DNA from: Oopsacas minuta
Taxonomy: Eukaryota; Animalia; Porifera
Direction: 5' to 3'
DNA: 64,000 nt
NCBI GenBank assembly: GCA_024704765.1
Contig: JAKMXF010000144.1
Span: 124,001-188,000 of the forward strand
Positions 46,957-58,881 of this stretch are shown here, in pieces; the stretch's first letter is position 1; each line of letters opens with the position of its first letter. Made by a program: the position numbers and the translations under genes. The notes below the pieces were generated by a model that was not told where the DNA came from, did no database searches, and worked only from the letters and a program-made list of their open reading frames with translations.

Positions 46957-48458
46957 ATGGATGTGTCAGCTGGAGGACACGACTCTGCCACTTCGGAAGT
47001 TAATCTGAATAAGTTATGTGATAAACTAAGGTGTCTTATTGTGACCGCTCAATCAGACGATCAAATAGCGCAATTAGAAGCGATCCGTTCCGCTCGAAAG
47101 CTCCTCAGTAAGGAAAATGCACTAATCGATGAATTCATTAAATCTGGCATAGTTCCAATACTGGTGAGTGTAACACATTCATAGTTCCTGTTTCAAATGT
47201 TTATTCATATTTTATAGGTGGAATCACTACGTTGTCATGACAACCCAAATATTCAGTTAGAAGTAACCTGGGCACTAACTAATATAACAAGTGGTACTTC
47301 TCAACAAACACGTGTGGTGATAGAATGTGGCGCTGTGCCACTTCTAATCGAATTATTGTCATCTCTCAATCAGGACTTATGTGAACAAGCTGTTTGGGCT
47401 CTCGGTAACATAGCAGCTGATAACCCAGAGTGTCGCGATCTTGTGATATCACATGGCATAATTCCACCACTTCTCATATTTATAAATCCACATACACCGA
47501 TCTCATTCCTTAGGAATGTGACAAGGACTATTTGTATTTTGTGTCGCAACAAAAATCCTCCACCACCTTTTGAATCTGTTTGTAAGTTTCTGCCTTTCCT
47601 TTTGGAACTAGTCAGACATGAATATAATGAAGTTAGTTTCATTTAATATTCTTATAGTTCCAGATTATAAACCTATTCTAGGTTAAAGCGGATGCTTGTT
47701 GGGCGCTCTTTTTCCTGTCTGATGGATTAGACGTTCAAATGCAAGTGGTTATCAATTCTGGTATCATTCCCTTTCTCGTGCCACTTCTGGAACATCATGA
47801 GGTCAAAATTGTCATGCCAGCTTTAAGGACACTCGGGAATATCGTGACTGGAAGTGACGAACAGACACAAGTGGTTATTGACAATGGTATTCTACATAAA
47901 CTACAATCTCTTCTCACTCACCACGAAGAGAACATTGTCAGAGAGGCCGTGTGGACCCTAACCAACATCACAGTAGGTTCGAAGGAACAGGTCCAAGCGG
48001 TCATTGATTCAGGTCTCATCCCCCCACTTGTCAAATTGTTAGGTAACGAAGAGTTTATTATATTGAAGCATGCCGCAGAGGCTGTGTCCAATTTCACATT
48101 TTCTGGCACACCTAACCAGATAAAATACCTAGTGTCACAAGAAGCCATCCCTCCCTTATGCTCACTCTTAGAAGTGAATGACTTGGAGGTTATACAAGTG
48201 GTCCTAGAAGGCCTCCTTAATATCCTACGTCACTCCGGTGAGGAGCAGATCAAGGTGGTAAATTCTATAGAAGAATCTGGTGGCTTAAACACTATTGAAA
48301 ACTTGCAGCTACACGATTCACCAGATATCAACGAACCGGCTAATACCATTATCGATCAATATTTCCCAGGCGGTGATGGAATTGATGGTTTGGCGCCTGA
48401 CGGAGGTAACAATCAATACTTCTTGCAACATGGAGAGTACATGAATTTTCATTTCTAG
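46957..48458 (+). CDS. Tandem importin alpha3 paralogue lacking the IBB domain (465 aa; functional gene or young pseudogene)
   Basis: Exons 46957-47163, 47218-47631, 47682-48458 are open and in phase. The original ATG and about 70 bp are deleted, an in-frame TAA sits at 46951-46953, and the ATG at 46957 corresponds to GTG in copy 1. Confidence 0.75.
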
Positions 48459-48620
48459 GTGTCAAAAGTGTCACATGACTAACCTTTTATATATTAATAT
48501 TTGTGACAAATATTTTTCAAATATCAAACACTGCGTGTCTGCAGGGTCTCATTTTTATTTTGCAGGTTGTAACCTTTTTGCTTATTTATTTTTGTGATTC
48601 ATTTTAGTTAATATTCTAGC

Positions 48621-51600
48621 ATGTCAAACTGCCCAAGATGTGGTAAACCAGTTTTCTTCGGTTTGTTTGTTTATTTGTTTGGTAAATATGAATATTTTAT
48701 GAAAGTCCCTTTCGGGAGCCCTTGAAACACCGTGATCCCCTGGGTGTTTGCGAATGACCTTGTGGTGCTGTATCTCTATGTAATTAGAATAATACTTGAT
48801 AGTTCCATATATAACAATAAAATATGAAAATGTATCGGTTGTGTTTTAACCATTATCTTATGAATTTCTCTTTGATTTCTAACTTTTATGTTTCTTTTTG
48901 TTATTCTACCTTTGAATTACCACTTTTGGTTATTTACATATTTCTGTCTGAAAGATAAGAACCACTTTTGTCACTTTGATGTTTCATACAATATTCATTT
49001 ATTGATTTGATTACAGTTTTAATGAAAGTTATTTGGCGCTTGAATTATCTATACCCCGCATTCCCCCGCTTAAATCTTACATCTCTCCCCTAAGCACATT
49101 ATTTACGCGCCTTTAATCCAATTTCTTTTAGCTGAGCGAAGACAATCATTGGGCAAGCATTGGCACCCTTGGTGTCTAAAATGTGAACTATGTGGCAAGA
49201 CACTAAATCCATCTCGACATTCCGAGGTAACCATGACAACCATTGAAATATTAATCATATATTGTAACCATAGCGACCATTAAACTATTTTATTCTATTT
49301 TTAGCATAAAGGTATGCCATATTGTGATGTGCCATGTTATAGTGCTTTATTTGGGCCAGGTGGCTTTGGGCGAGGTGGCACAGAATCTCACAAGGTGTTT
49401 GGATGTGTCGAGGACCTTGATAAGAAGACACATAGGTGGTGGTTTGTGGATATTAACACTTTAATGATACTTTTTATGACAATTTTTGTTATTTTTAGAA
49501 ATGAATTGATTCGGAAACTCAAGCTTTACAATGCAACACTAGCAAATTCAAAATTAACACTTAACTATTCAGAGGTAGCGACACATTAGTGCCACTTAAC
49601 ACCTTTGCCAAGGATTGTAGCACAAATATTTTACCATAAGTCCCCACTCAGATGGCTGGCGACACTTTTATGCCATTTAATCATGGTGTATTCGTATTCA
49701 TTTTATTCATAAACTGAGAGTAAAACTTCACAAAATTCGGTATTCATATATTTCATAATTCACACCTCTCCACACTATTAACATATTTGCAATCTAATCT
49801 TGATTGGATTTTGAGCGCTGAAATATTCATTTAACACTTCGGTGGAAAATTTCTAACATTCCTGTAAACCTTAAATATTTCGGTGAATTCCTTTTAAGCA
49901 TTTCTGTTGTTATGCATTTTTCATTTGATCATGTGTGTTTACACATCAATTTGATTCGTCGATTAGAGGTCCAATTATAGCATCTGTATATGGAAATTGT
50001 GTCACAAATGTGTCATATTGTGTCCTTAACATGAAGTTATAAAGTTTGAAGTATTCGCATAATTATTATTCCATTATATCCATTAGTAATGTGTCGCCAT
50101 TCAATTGGACATATGTTACATTCCAAATGACCTTCCATGTTACCATTCAAATTTCTTTTACAGTTGTATTGCCTCGTAGTTGGACAGGTTAAAGGGGTCT
50201 CTTGGTTCTGAAAGACCGCTTTTATGATTGTTATCCAAATTCCGTTAGCTAAAATTGGCCCAATTAAGCGTTGTCCCCTGTATTATATATATTTTCACAC
50301 CTTTTGCAACTTCAGGCTAACCATGAGGTATTCTATGAAGGAGTTCTGCGTATTCATTGGCTGGTTAAGAAGCCAATCAAATTGCTGCGAAGATCTTCAC
50401 TTGTACCTCAAAACTATAAGAAGACCAATCAACAAAAGGTGTGAATTCTTATTTGGCCCTTCAGGGGGGCGAGGGGGCTTATTCAGATGGCAAATTGGTC
50501 CTACTTTGAACCTCATAAGGCAGACTATTAATTAGTTAATTAGATTAGCTAATTTAATAAAATTATTATCTCCTAATAATTCCTTGTAATTACATTCCAT
50601 CAGTTCTCTAAGGTAACTAAGATAATTTCGTCACCTGTGAAGATGAGTTCTCCTTCACCTGAGCAGAAAACAAGAATGAGACTCAAGACGAGTGGATTCT
50701 CATTGGTCAGACATATCCCAGAGCCACATTTCAATTGCCAGGTTAGGTGTGAATGTGGCATAAATGTGTCGCATTTGTATTGTGTCGTTCAGCTATCTCT
50801 CAGAATTGGGTAATCAAGTTGGCATTTGAATGATGTCGCAATCAAATGAATGGCAGCCTTATGGCGACACATTTACGACACAATTGTGACACAATGGTTT
50901 CTAAATTTGATGTGAAATCGTATTAGAATGCAAACTATGAATAATTCACATTTTGTTGTTCTTGAAAAGTAAACAATTATTGGTAATTGTGTTTGTTTAT
51001 TTATAGTCAGAATTATTTACACCTGACGAAACAATAATAACAAATGTGTTTACTACTGGTGTCGCTAAATCACATGAAGTATTGACACAAATATTCAAGA
51101 AATATCAGGTTGTTTGTTTATTTGTTTGTTTGTTTATTTGTTTGTTTGTTTGTTTGTTTGTTTGTGTGTTTAGATAGCAGATTCTTCTTCAGAATTTATC
51201 CTATGTGTCAGCTATGATAACGGAGGTGATTACTAGCATAGGTGTCAAAATAGTGACACATGTTATATATATTTTGTGTAGATGGTTTTTTGTCTGGAAT
51301 TGATTGAGGAACTGGTAAGAGCTACGAACTTGAAATATGGCATGAGTGTGGAATGTGATTAATCTTGGAACCATTTCTAATATCTAAGCGATATCTCATA
51401 AACCCTCTGAGATAGGTGTCAAATGTATTGACCGATCAGGTTCTTGGTTTTTACCAATTGTGCACACAAGAAAGTAAAGCTTGCTTGTATATTTCATACG
51501 CCACTTTAATGCCATAAATACGCCACTTTAATGCCATATATCAGCTACTTAGCGACACATTTAAAATATTTGTTCTATGCGAATCTTTACTGATACATCA

Positions 51601-52874
51601 TACATGGCATAAACTAATGATGACACAATTATGTGACACAATATGATAGCGACACAATTCATGTAACCTAAAGTTATCAAAACTGATAAAACACATTCCA
51701 TAATTGAATTATCTACCTACACAGGAATTTGATTTGTTAATTACAAACAGCTGGTTTCAAGTCTTGAATGTGATTAGTTGAAACCTTGAATGAAAATATT
51801 TTAGAGATATGGCATTTTAAACAGGTGTGAAGTGGCGTAAACAACGACCACTTTATAGGTTTTATCGAAGACTGGAATGTGTAAAATGGCGCAGAACTAT
51901 CTCTTACGATTGGGTTAATTGTGCCACTTTTCAGAGGACACAATATATTATGCTATGTCATGTCAAAACTCCAAATCCATTCCGAATTCCTTTTAACCAA
52001 AATTATCACAAAATATTTATTAATTCATAGACAAAAGTTTAATTGCAATTGTTATACCAAACAATAGATTCCCAATAGTTATAATTAAATTATACATTCC
52101 TTTGATCTACAAATTAGAATTTAATACAGTTGTTATTAACCAATTTTGGAATTGAGTCTAATGTCTAATGGGACAATGCCACAATTTTAAAACCGAATTA
52201 CAGTCTCAGATAGGTGTTAATAATGGCACAAACCACTACAGATAATTTAACCAGTAGAATATCAGTGTATAAACCCTCAAATCTTATAGGTCAAGACACT
52301 TCTCACCTTTTTGGAAATACACTCCCCGGTTAATATGGTCACATCGGGACCAGGCCATTTTGACCCGATTAACCGGTGTCTACTTTATGTGAAATATGTC
52401 CTTTGGTCAGGGTATCCTCTCCCCTCATAATATGTGTCTCTTATAGGTATTCGTATCTTGGAGAGGGATGATTATCCTCTACAAATAAGAGTTAATCTGG
52501 GTCCAACTGATGGATATGGGAGGATATCTATTATGCACTGTGAGGACGATAAGGACACTAGACTGTCATTCCAGGTATATGTATATAGGATTTATGCCAC
52601 TTTTGTGCCACTTTTGAACTATCATGTACAACTTTATGGTACTGGCTCTGAACACACTTTTTGAGATTTTTAGGCTGCTCAATACGCGTGCTTGTCTCTG
52701 CCACAATTAGAAATGTGTCTCCACGACATAGAGTGTGAAGAACAAGAACTAATCCAAATGTTGAGAGAAAAGTAAGATGGCAGATTGTAACTTACACTAA
52801 GGTGTTAATCATGTTCTATTTTTAGATATAAGAATATTCGTGTGCTAATTGAAGAAATGATTCCAACTGAATGA
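48621..52874 (+). CDS. RASSF2: LIM (CRIP-like) + RA + SARAH protein, RASSF2/4-type, 11 exons, 343 aa
   Basis: Exons 48621-48660, 49132-49226, 49305-49435, 49499-49574, 50316-50438, 50604-50741, 51007-51108, 51174-51225, 52447-52574, 52674-52771, 52826-52874 (1032 nt, phases consistent). [24 protein letters not shown]; [11 protein letters not shown]; EGVLRIHW; LFTP..TNV; DYPL..LGP; SARAH AAQY..LPQL..EEQE. Confidence 0.88.
51109..51170. repeat. (GTTT)n microsatellite forming almost an entire 65-nt RASSF intron
   Basis: Direct reading between donor 51109 and acceptor 51173. Confidence 0.9.
52331..52375 (+). repeat. Short dispersed repeat R2 fragment
   Basis: Matches 25187-25229. Confidence 0.55.
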
Positions 52875-53027
52875 TGGCTAGCCGATCACAAATTTGGAAT
52901 TATATGTCACTATTTTTCTATATTTATCACTTTATTAGTTCCAGTTTACTTTTTATAAGGTGTCAAAAGTGTCCCTAAGTTATTCCCATAAATTAATATA
53001 CCATTATACACATTCTAGCTTGTTGTT

Positions 53028-53600
53028 ATGGCAACCAAACTCCCATTAATGGAATGCATCCTCCATCAATCAATCACTATCTCTGATAAGAAATATTTCA
53101 TATATTTTGATATCAAAGAAACAAAGATTAGTATTATAGTCACGAATGTCTCAAATACCTGGCATACCGATGCGTTGCCTAGCAACGTATTCCCTGTACT
53201 AAAAATAGATTCGATAAAAGGCTTAAAGGAATTTCTTACAAAGAATCTACAGATGGCTGTTAAAATGTCTTTTGAGGATCCAAAACTTTATTTGCAAATT
53301 GGAACCAAACAATTGTTGAAACTGGAACTTAATGAAATTTCAGATTCCAGGAATGTTCTATTTGAGGTTTTAGAGAATGTGTCACAGCAATCCCATAAAG
53401 TGGAGATGCATTGCGACACATTACAATTAAAAGTGTCGAAACTAGAAAGTGACTTTTTGAAAGGTGACACAAATCCTATGCCACTTCCTGAACGCAGAAA
53501 AGGACGCCAACCTAAGATAAAGTGTCCTGAAGGCGCCAGCTTAATAAACCCATCTTCCAAGCGCAAAAAATTGGCAAAAGGTGTCAATTTTGATGATTAA
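53028..53600 (+). CDS. PAXX: PAXX (XRCC4/XLF paralogue), intronless
   Basis: XRCC4-like head and coiled coil; C-terminal KCPEGASLINPSSKRKKLAKGVNFDD resembles the PAXX Ku-binding motif (CPGESLINPGFKSKKPAGGVDFD). Confidence 0.8.
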   Translation: MATKLPLMECILHQSITISDKKYFIYFDIKETKISIIVTNVSNTWHTDALPSNVFPVLKIDSIKGLKEFLTKNLQMAVKMSFEDPKLYLQIGTKQLLKLELNEISDSRNVLFEVLENVSQQSHKVEMHCDTLQLKVSKLESDFLKGDTNPMPLPERRKGRQPKIKCPEGASLINPSSKRKKLAKGVNFDD

Positions 53601-53695
53601 CCGACACAATATTAGAATTTATTAAATTTCATATTTTAACTTTTGCTATAAATATTTGAGTTAATTACGCACTTTTTTGTAAACTTAGAATTCCA

Positions 53696-54205
53696 ATGTC
53701 AACACCCAGTAACCAAGTTCCCAACATTCCAGAGGAATACCTTAGCTACACAGTTATACACAACTATTCGCCAAACTCTGAATTGGAACTAAAGGATGCA
53801 TTAAACCAGAACTATGACGTGATACTTCTGAGTGACATCACTCTAGGCAAGCGAGTTTGTAATTGGGTACAATTGGGGAATATTCTACACAAATTCGGTG
53901 TCATTTCCGGTGTCTCAAGTTTGTTACTAAATATAGCTACACAAACAGCTGATTGGTTGACGGGCTGTATTAGCGTTTGTTCTATTATTAGTATCACTAT
54001 ATATAACACAGTTTGGCGCCCAGATATTATGTCGTGTTACCAGCTTGACACCAGAGGTGATTTTGTGGCGCAAATGCCACTTTCAAGTGTGAAAAGTCAG
54101 AGTTTGATGGTTCTAGTAAAGCAGGACGATAAGTACAGGCGATTTCTACACAATCTGATTGGCTGTTTCTTGTTAATCCAGTTTGGACTTAAACTTCGAA
54201 ATTAA
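53696..54205 (+). CDS. TMEM11: Mitochondrial transmembrane protein 11, intronless
   Basis: YTVIH, ELKDALNQNYDVI, WVQLGNILHK, YQL, VLVKQDDKYRRFLHN. Confidence 0.88.
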   Translation: MSTPSNQVPNIPEEYLSYTVIHNYSPNSELELKDALNQNYDVILLSDITLGKRVCNWVQLGNILHKFGVISGVSSLLLNIATQTADWLTGCISVCSIISITIYNTVWRPDIMSCYQLDTRGDFVAQMPLSSVKSQSLMVLVKQDDKYRRFLHNLIGCFLLIQFGLKLRN

Positions 54206-54279
54206 ATAATTACTTTAATATTTATTTTCAGTTTAAAAGGTGTTAAAATTATAGTTCCATATAGATTAAATATAGTATA

Positions 54280-57200
54280 ATGAAGCGGAACAGATCTCGT
54301 AAGACATGGGACCAATCTACTACTGAAACTAAACAAGCATTCCTTGTACAACAACCCGTAACTAAGCTAAATAAGGAGTACAATTTGATACGTGAAGATA
54401 TCCCACCTCGTTATGGAGACTATTTGACACAATTGGAACGCAAAAATAAAGAGAAAAGGGAACTGAATCTGATCCAAGGGCCTAAGGATCCAAGGGAGGA
54501 GGGGTTCAGTTTATATTTTAACGGGACGCATGCTCAGAAAGGGCGCGCTCGTGCTAAAACAGGCGGGCAAACTGATGCCACTAAAACTAAACCGAATAAG
54601 GTAATGTTTATAACCATGGATTAATGACGAATAAAATATTTGGGATGAATAATTGAGCCACTTTAAAAGTGGTTTGTGCCACTTTATATCATTTAAACTG
54701 GGCCAATTCTATTTTAGATCCTTAACGACACAGATAGCCTACTCCCTCAGACTGCGCCAAATAAAAGAAAGGGCTGGAAAGTGGTCTCAAATGTGTCGCT
54801 TAAAACTGAGGACGGAAACCACTTAAAAGTGGAACTATCACCTAAAATAACAGGACTATATGAGGATGATTTTGAGAATGGTGTCACGAAACACGCGCCA
54901 ATAAATGTGTCCTCAGGTGGCAGTGATTCAGAGGTATGCCACTTCTGAATTGCCCAATAAGAATGAGTTAATTTTTCTATTTTAGATAAGTGACCACTGT
55001 GAAGAGGATTTGAACACTTCTATCAGTAAACCACTTCATAGAGCGCCACAAGAAATGTGTCGCGTTCCACCTGCAAGTAGCAGAGGACCATCTCGGACCA
55101 CTTCTACCTGCTCTGTCACTAGTGTCCGCGTGAGACAAGATTTGGATGAAAGTGTCGCTGATTTACAGAAAGCCATATCAGCCATACAAAAGGAAAATTC
55201 TGACATATTTGTGAGTTTATGGTTATTCATATCTTCACACCTTTTAAACTTGTCTATAGTACAATGAATCTCCTCTGCCTGATGATCAGCCAATGAGAGA
55301 CAGTCTTGAGACAACATTCATCGACACAGAGTGTGCCACCCAACCACTTAACACCTCCCAGGATTACTGGCGGAAACATTCTATGTTTGGAGAAATTGAT
55401 ACTTTAACAGGTGTCGCCGTACAACTGGAAGTGTCATCTAACTGGGGACACAATTCACATCTGGGTCTGACTGAAGTTGAATTCTTTACGACACAAAATA
55501 AAAAGGTGTGGCTAAGTGGTACACGTGTTAAAGTACAAGGACACATCGACACTTTTGAAATCGACCACATTCTGAATGGAAAAACAAATACTACTCATGA
55601 CAAGCATATGTGGTCAGCTGGGTATAGACCACATAGGAGGGTTAGGTTCCATTTCTTAGTTCCAATTGGAACTAAACAAGAAATGGGAGGTGTTAGGATA
55701 TGGAACTATAACAAACCAAGCTGTCTAGATGCTGGTATCAGAAATGTGAAAATTATGGTAGAAAATGTGTCGGTCTGGGAAGGAGAGGTTCCGAAAGGTT
55801 CTGGAACTAAATCAAATGATTACGCATATTTGGTTAGAATCAACATTCCTGAGTCGTCTCCTAGCAACGCTTCTATGAGTGATTCTGACGTAAGTTTGCC
55901 ACCTGAAAAACCTAATTTGATTCGTCAATCAAATCAGCTGACTAAGAAAAGGATTCCTTACAATCCCTTCAAGTCGCCAAATCTTGTAACAACCAGCGAG
56001 CCCACTACGCCACTTCAGAAGACCACCTCGACACAATATAAGCCTCACACCTCTCCCCAGCTGACTAATAACCAAGCTAAATTACATCATCAGTTGTCTG
56101 ATCAATTAGCCAATCAATTGTCTTATAAGACGACCAATCAGCTTGCTATCAAACTATCCAATCAACTGCCAGAAAAATTAACCAATCAACATTCTGTGAA
56201 ACTAATCAATCAGCTGGTCAACAAACCTACCAATCAGCTGATCAACAAGCTACCCGATCATTTACCTAACCAGCTGATTAGAAGAGCTGCTCCTAGATTA
56301 AAGCAGTCAGTCAGTCAGAATTTTTTGCTAGATTATCTCTTCTCTCCTCCACCCAATCAGCTGTTAGAGAAGTCTCACAGTGAAACGGAACTAAGTAAGT
56401 TCCTGTCAGCTGATAGTCCTACTTGTCAGGCGCCAAAATATGGCAGAAGATCTCAGATGAGGCTTGGAACAGCTGTTACCGGGATAGCCCGCCCAGAACT
56501 CCCAGATGCTGAGCTGACTGATATTACTCATTTATACAATTCTAAAAATAGATCTAGTCCTATTCTCTCTCATTCCAGAGCGTATCCTAGCAACGCGCCA
56601 TCTCTTAAATCCAGCCAAACAGAACCAGTCATTTCAGGCGCCAAAGCTGTGCCATCTTTGGAAGAAATGTTACAATCATTGGCCACATTCCAGCACTCCC
56701 ATAGAGGGAGAATTGTGGACCTGGAAGAGGACAGTTTGGACCAATTCCTAGAGGAGCAGTCTCGCACCAGAACCTCCCCTCTCAAACTGGAACCAATATT
56801 AGAACCAGAATTCGTGATACCTGAATTACCCTATGGCAAGTCCCTGTCCTTTATCATAACCTCCACCTGGGGGGACCGATACTATTTGGGTCTGAATGGG
56901 ATAGAAGCGTTCTCTAGCAATGGGAGTAAGATAGAAATATGTGATATAGTAGCTGATCCTCCAGACATCAATATCCTACCGGGGTAAGTTATTATTTATT
57001 ATTTTATTGTTTGTATTCATATTTTCACACCTTTAGATACGGCTCAGACCCTCGTGTTGCTCAGAATTTGACAGATGGTGTCAACAGGACACGAGACGAT
57101 CTCCACATGTGGCTGACACCATTTACACCTGGACAGCCCCACTTGATCGACTTGGAGTTTTCGTCACCTTCCAAACTGGCCATGTTAAGGATTTGGAATT

Positions 57201-58669
57201 ACAATAAATCTCGTATCCACTCACATCGTGGCGCGCGACACATTCGGATAGAGCTAGATGGCACACCAGTATTTGTGGGAGAAATTACGCGGGCAAGTGG
57301 TGGACTACTTGGTGGCACAGAATCTTTTGGCGACACAATTTTATTCACAGAAAATGAGAATATTCTGGCGCTCATTTCTGAGAATGATGAGACATACCTT
57401 GGAGACCTGAGTGACGAAATGGAATGTGACTTAGATTGTGTCATCGATGATTCATTTGTGTCGCGACCTGACACCTCTGACAAGGAGAGACCTTTTACCA
57501 CAGCTGGAGTGGCACACGAAGTGGCAGATATTAGTTTAGGTGATGAAATCGTGGCACAAAAAGTATCATTGTGTCTCTTATCAAATTGGGACACATCTGG
57601 ACTCATGGGGCTGACTGGTGTGACACTTTTGGCGCCTGACTCTTCTCAAATTGAATTAACACCTACCCAACTTGTTATGTATAAGGTAGCACAAGATGGC
57701 ACACGTGTGCCACTTAAAGTCGACACAAACCACCTATTAACCGACAATTTAACGCAGGAAGAGGAGGGTATGCTTGTTTGGGAATTAGAAGATGGTTGTC
57801 AGACACTTTTGGAAATTATTCTCCCAGGTCCTCTACCACTTGGTGGCATATCAATATGGAACTATAATCTAACACCTGAGGACACATATAATGGAGTTAT
57901 GCAACTTGACATTCTATTAGATGACACATTTCTGTCAGATTACCCGTTTATTTTAAGAAAGGCGCCAGGACACTTGAGATACCAATTCGGACAAGAAATT
58001 ATGTTCTCAGAGGACTCAACGACAACTTTCACACCCGACACAATCGAGCTCAGTTCACTCATGCCACTTTTCACACCTGAATTAGCACCTACTGGATTCG
58101 TTGTCGAACTACAGATCCTCTCCACTTGGGGTGACGTCTATTATGTCGGTTTAAGTGGCATACAATTATTCGACACAAACGGACACAGTATAAATGTGTC
58201 GCCTAAAAATGTGGCAGCTTTTCCAGAGAGTATAAATATTCTAGAAGGTGTCGAAGGGGATCTAAGGACACCTGATAAATTGGTCGATGGAGTACACCTC
58301 TTAGAAGATGGCACACATTCGTGGCTCGCGCCACTTCTCCCAAATACAACCACTTCTGTATATTTCATATTTGATACTCCAAATTCCTTCTCTGCCATTA
58401 GAATATGGAACTATTCTAAGAACCAAGACAGAGGTGTTAAGGAATTCTCTATCTTGATTGATGACTTAATTGTGTATCATGCCACAATGCCACCTGCCAA
58501 GCCACTTGACACGCAAAGTGACACAGTGGCGCCTTATATGGCCCTCCTACTTGACCAATCACGTTTTGAGAACTCCTGCGACACATCTCGTGCCACTTCA
58601 GAGGTGATGTTGTGTGGTGACCCAATGTGTCGTCCTTTCACAAGTCTAACAGAATACCAGAAATTCTAA
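54280..58669 (+). CDS. KATNIP: Katanin-interacting protein (KIAA0556), 5 exons
   Basis: Exons 54280-54600, 54718-54933, 54986-55210, 55260-56983, 57037-58669. EEGFSLYFNG; repeated modules SNWGHNSHLGLTEVEF, STWGDRYYLGLNGIE, SNWDTSGLMGLTGV, STWGDVYYVGLSGIQ, IRIWNY. Confidence 0.92.
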
Positions 58670-58881
58670 AAATAGTACATTATCATACTTGTTGCTAAAG
58701 TCAATTCAAATAAAGGTCTTACAACTATTAAGTAGCAGATTGTGTCGTCTAGGGGACACATTTGAGGGTGTTAAGTGGTAATGTGTATCTAGAGACAGTT
58801 TTTATATAATTCCTGTTAAAAAATAATCTCAACTCATGACATAAAGGTGTGAAATACTCATATTAATAGGTGTTAAAAATA

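Noticed and set aside
48697-48760. Hammerhead-like fold in RASSF intron 1 (TTTATGA..stem..GAAAC..stem)
   Set aside because: The core reads TTTATGA instead of CTGATGA (essential G5 missing) and stem I cannot form.
17787-51170. (GTTT)n microsatellites as oriented intronic splicing elements
   Set aside because: Orientation relative to the host transcript is inconsistent (T-rich in RASSF and FBXL13, A-rich in AIG1).
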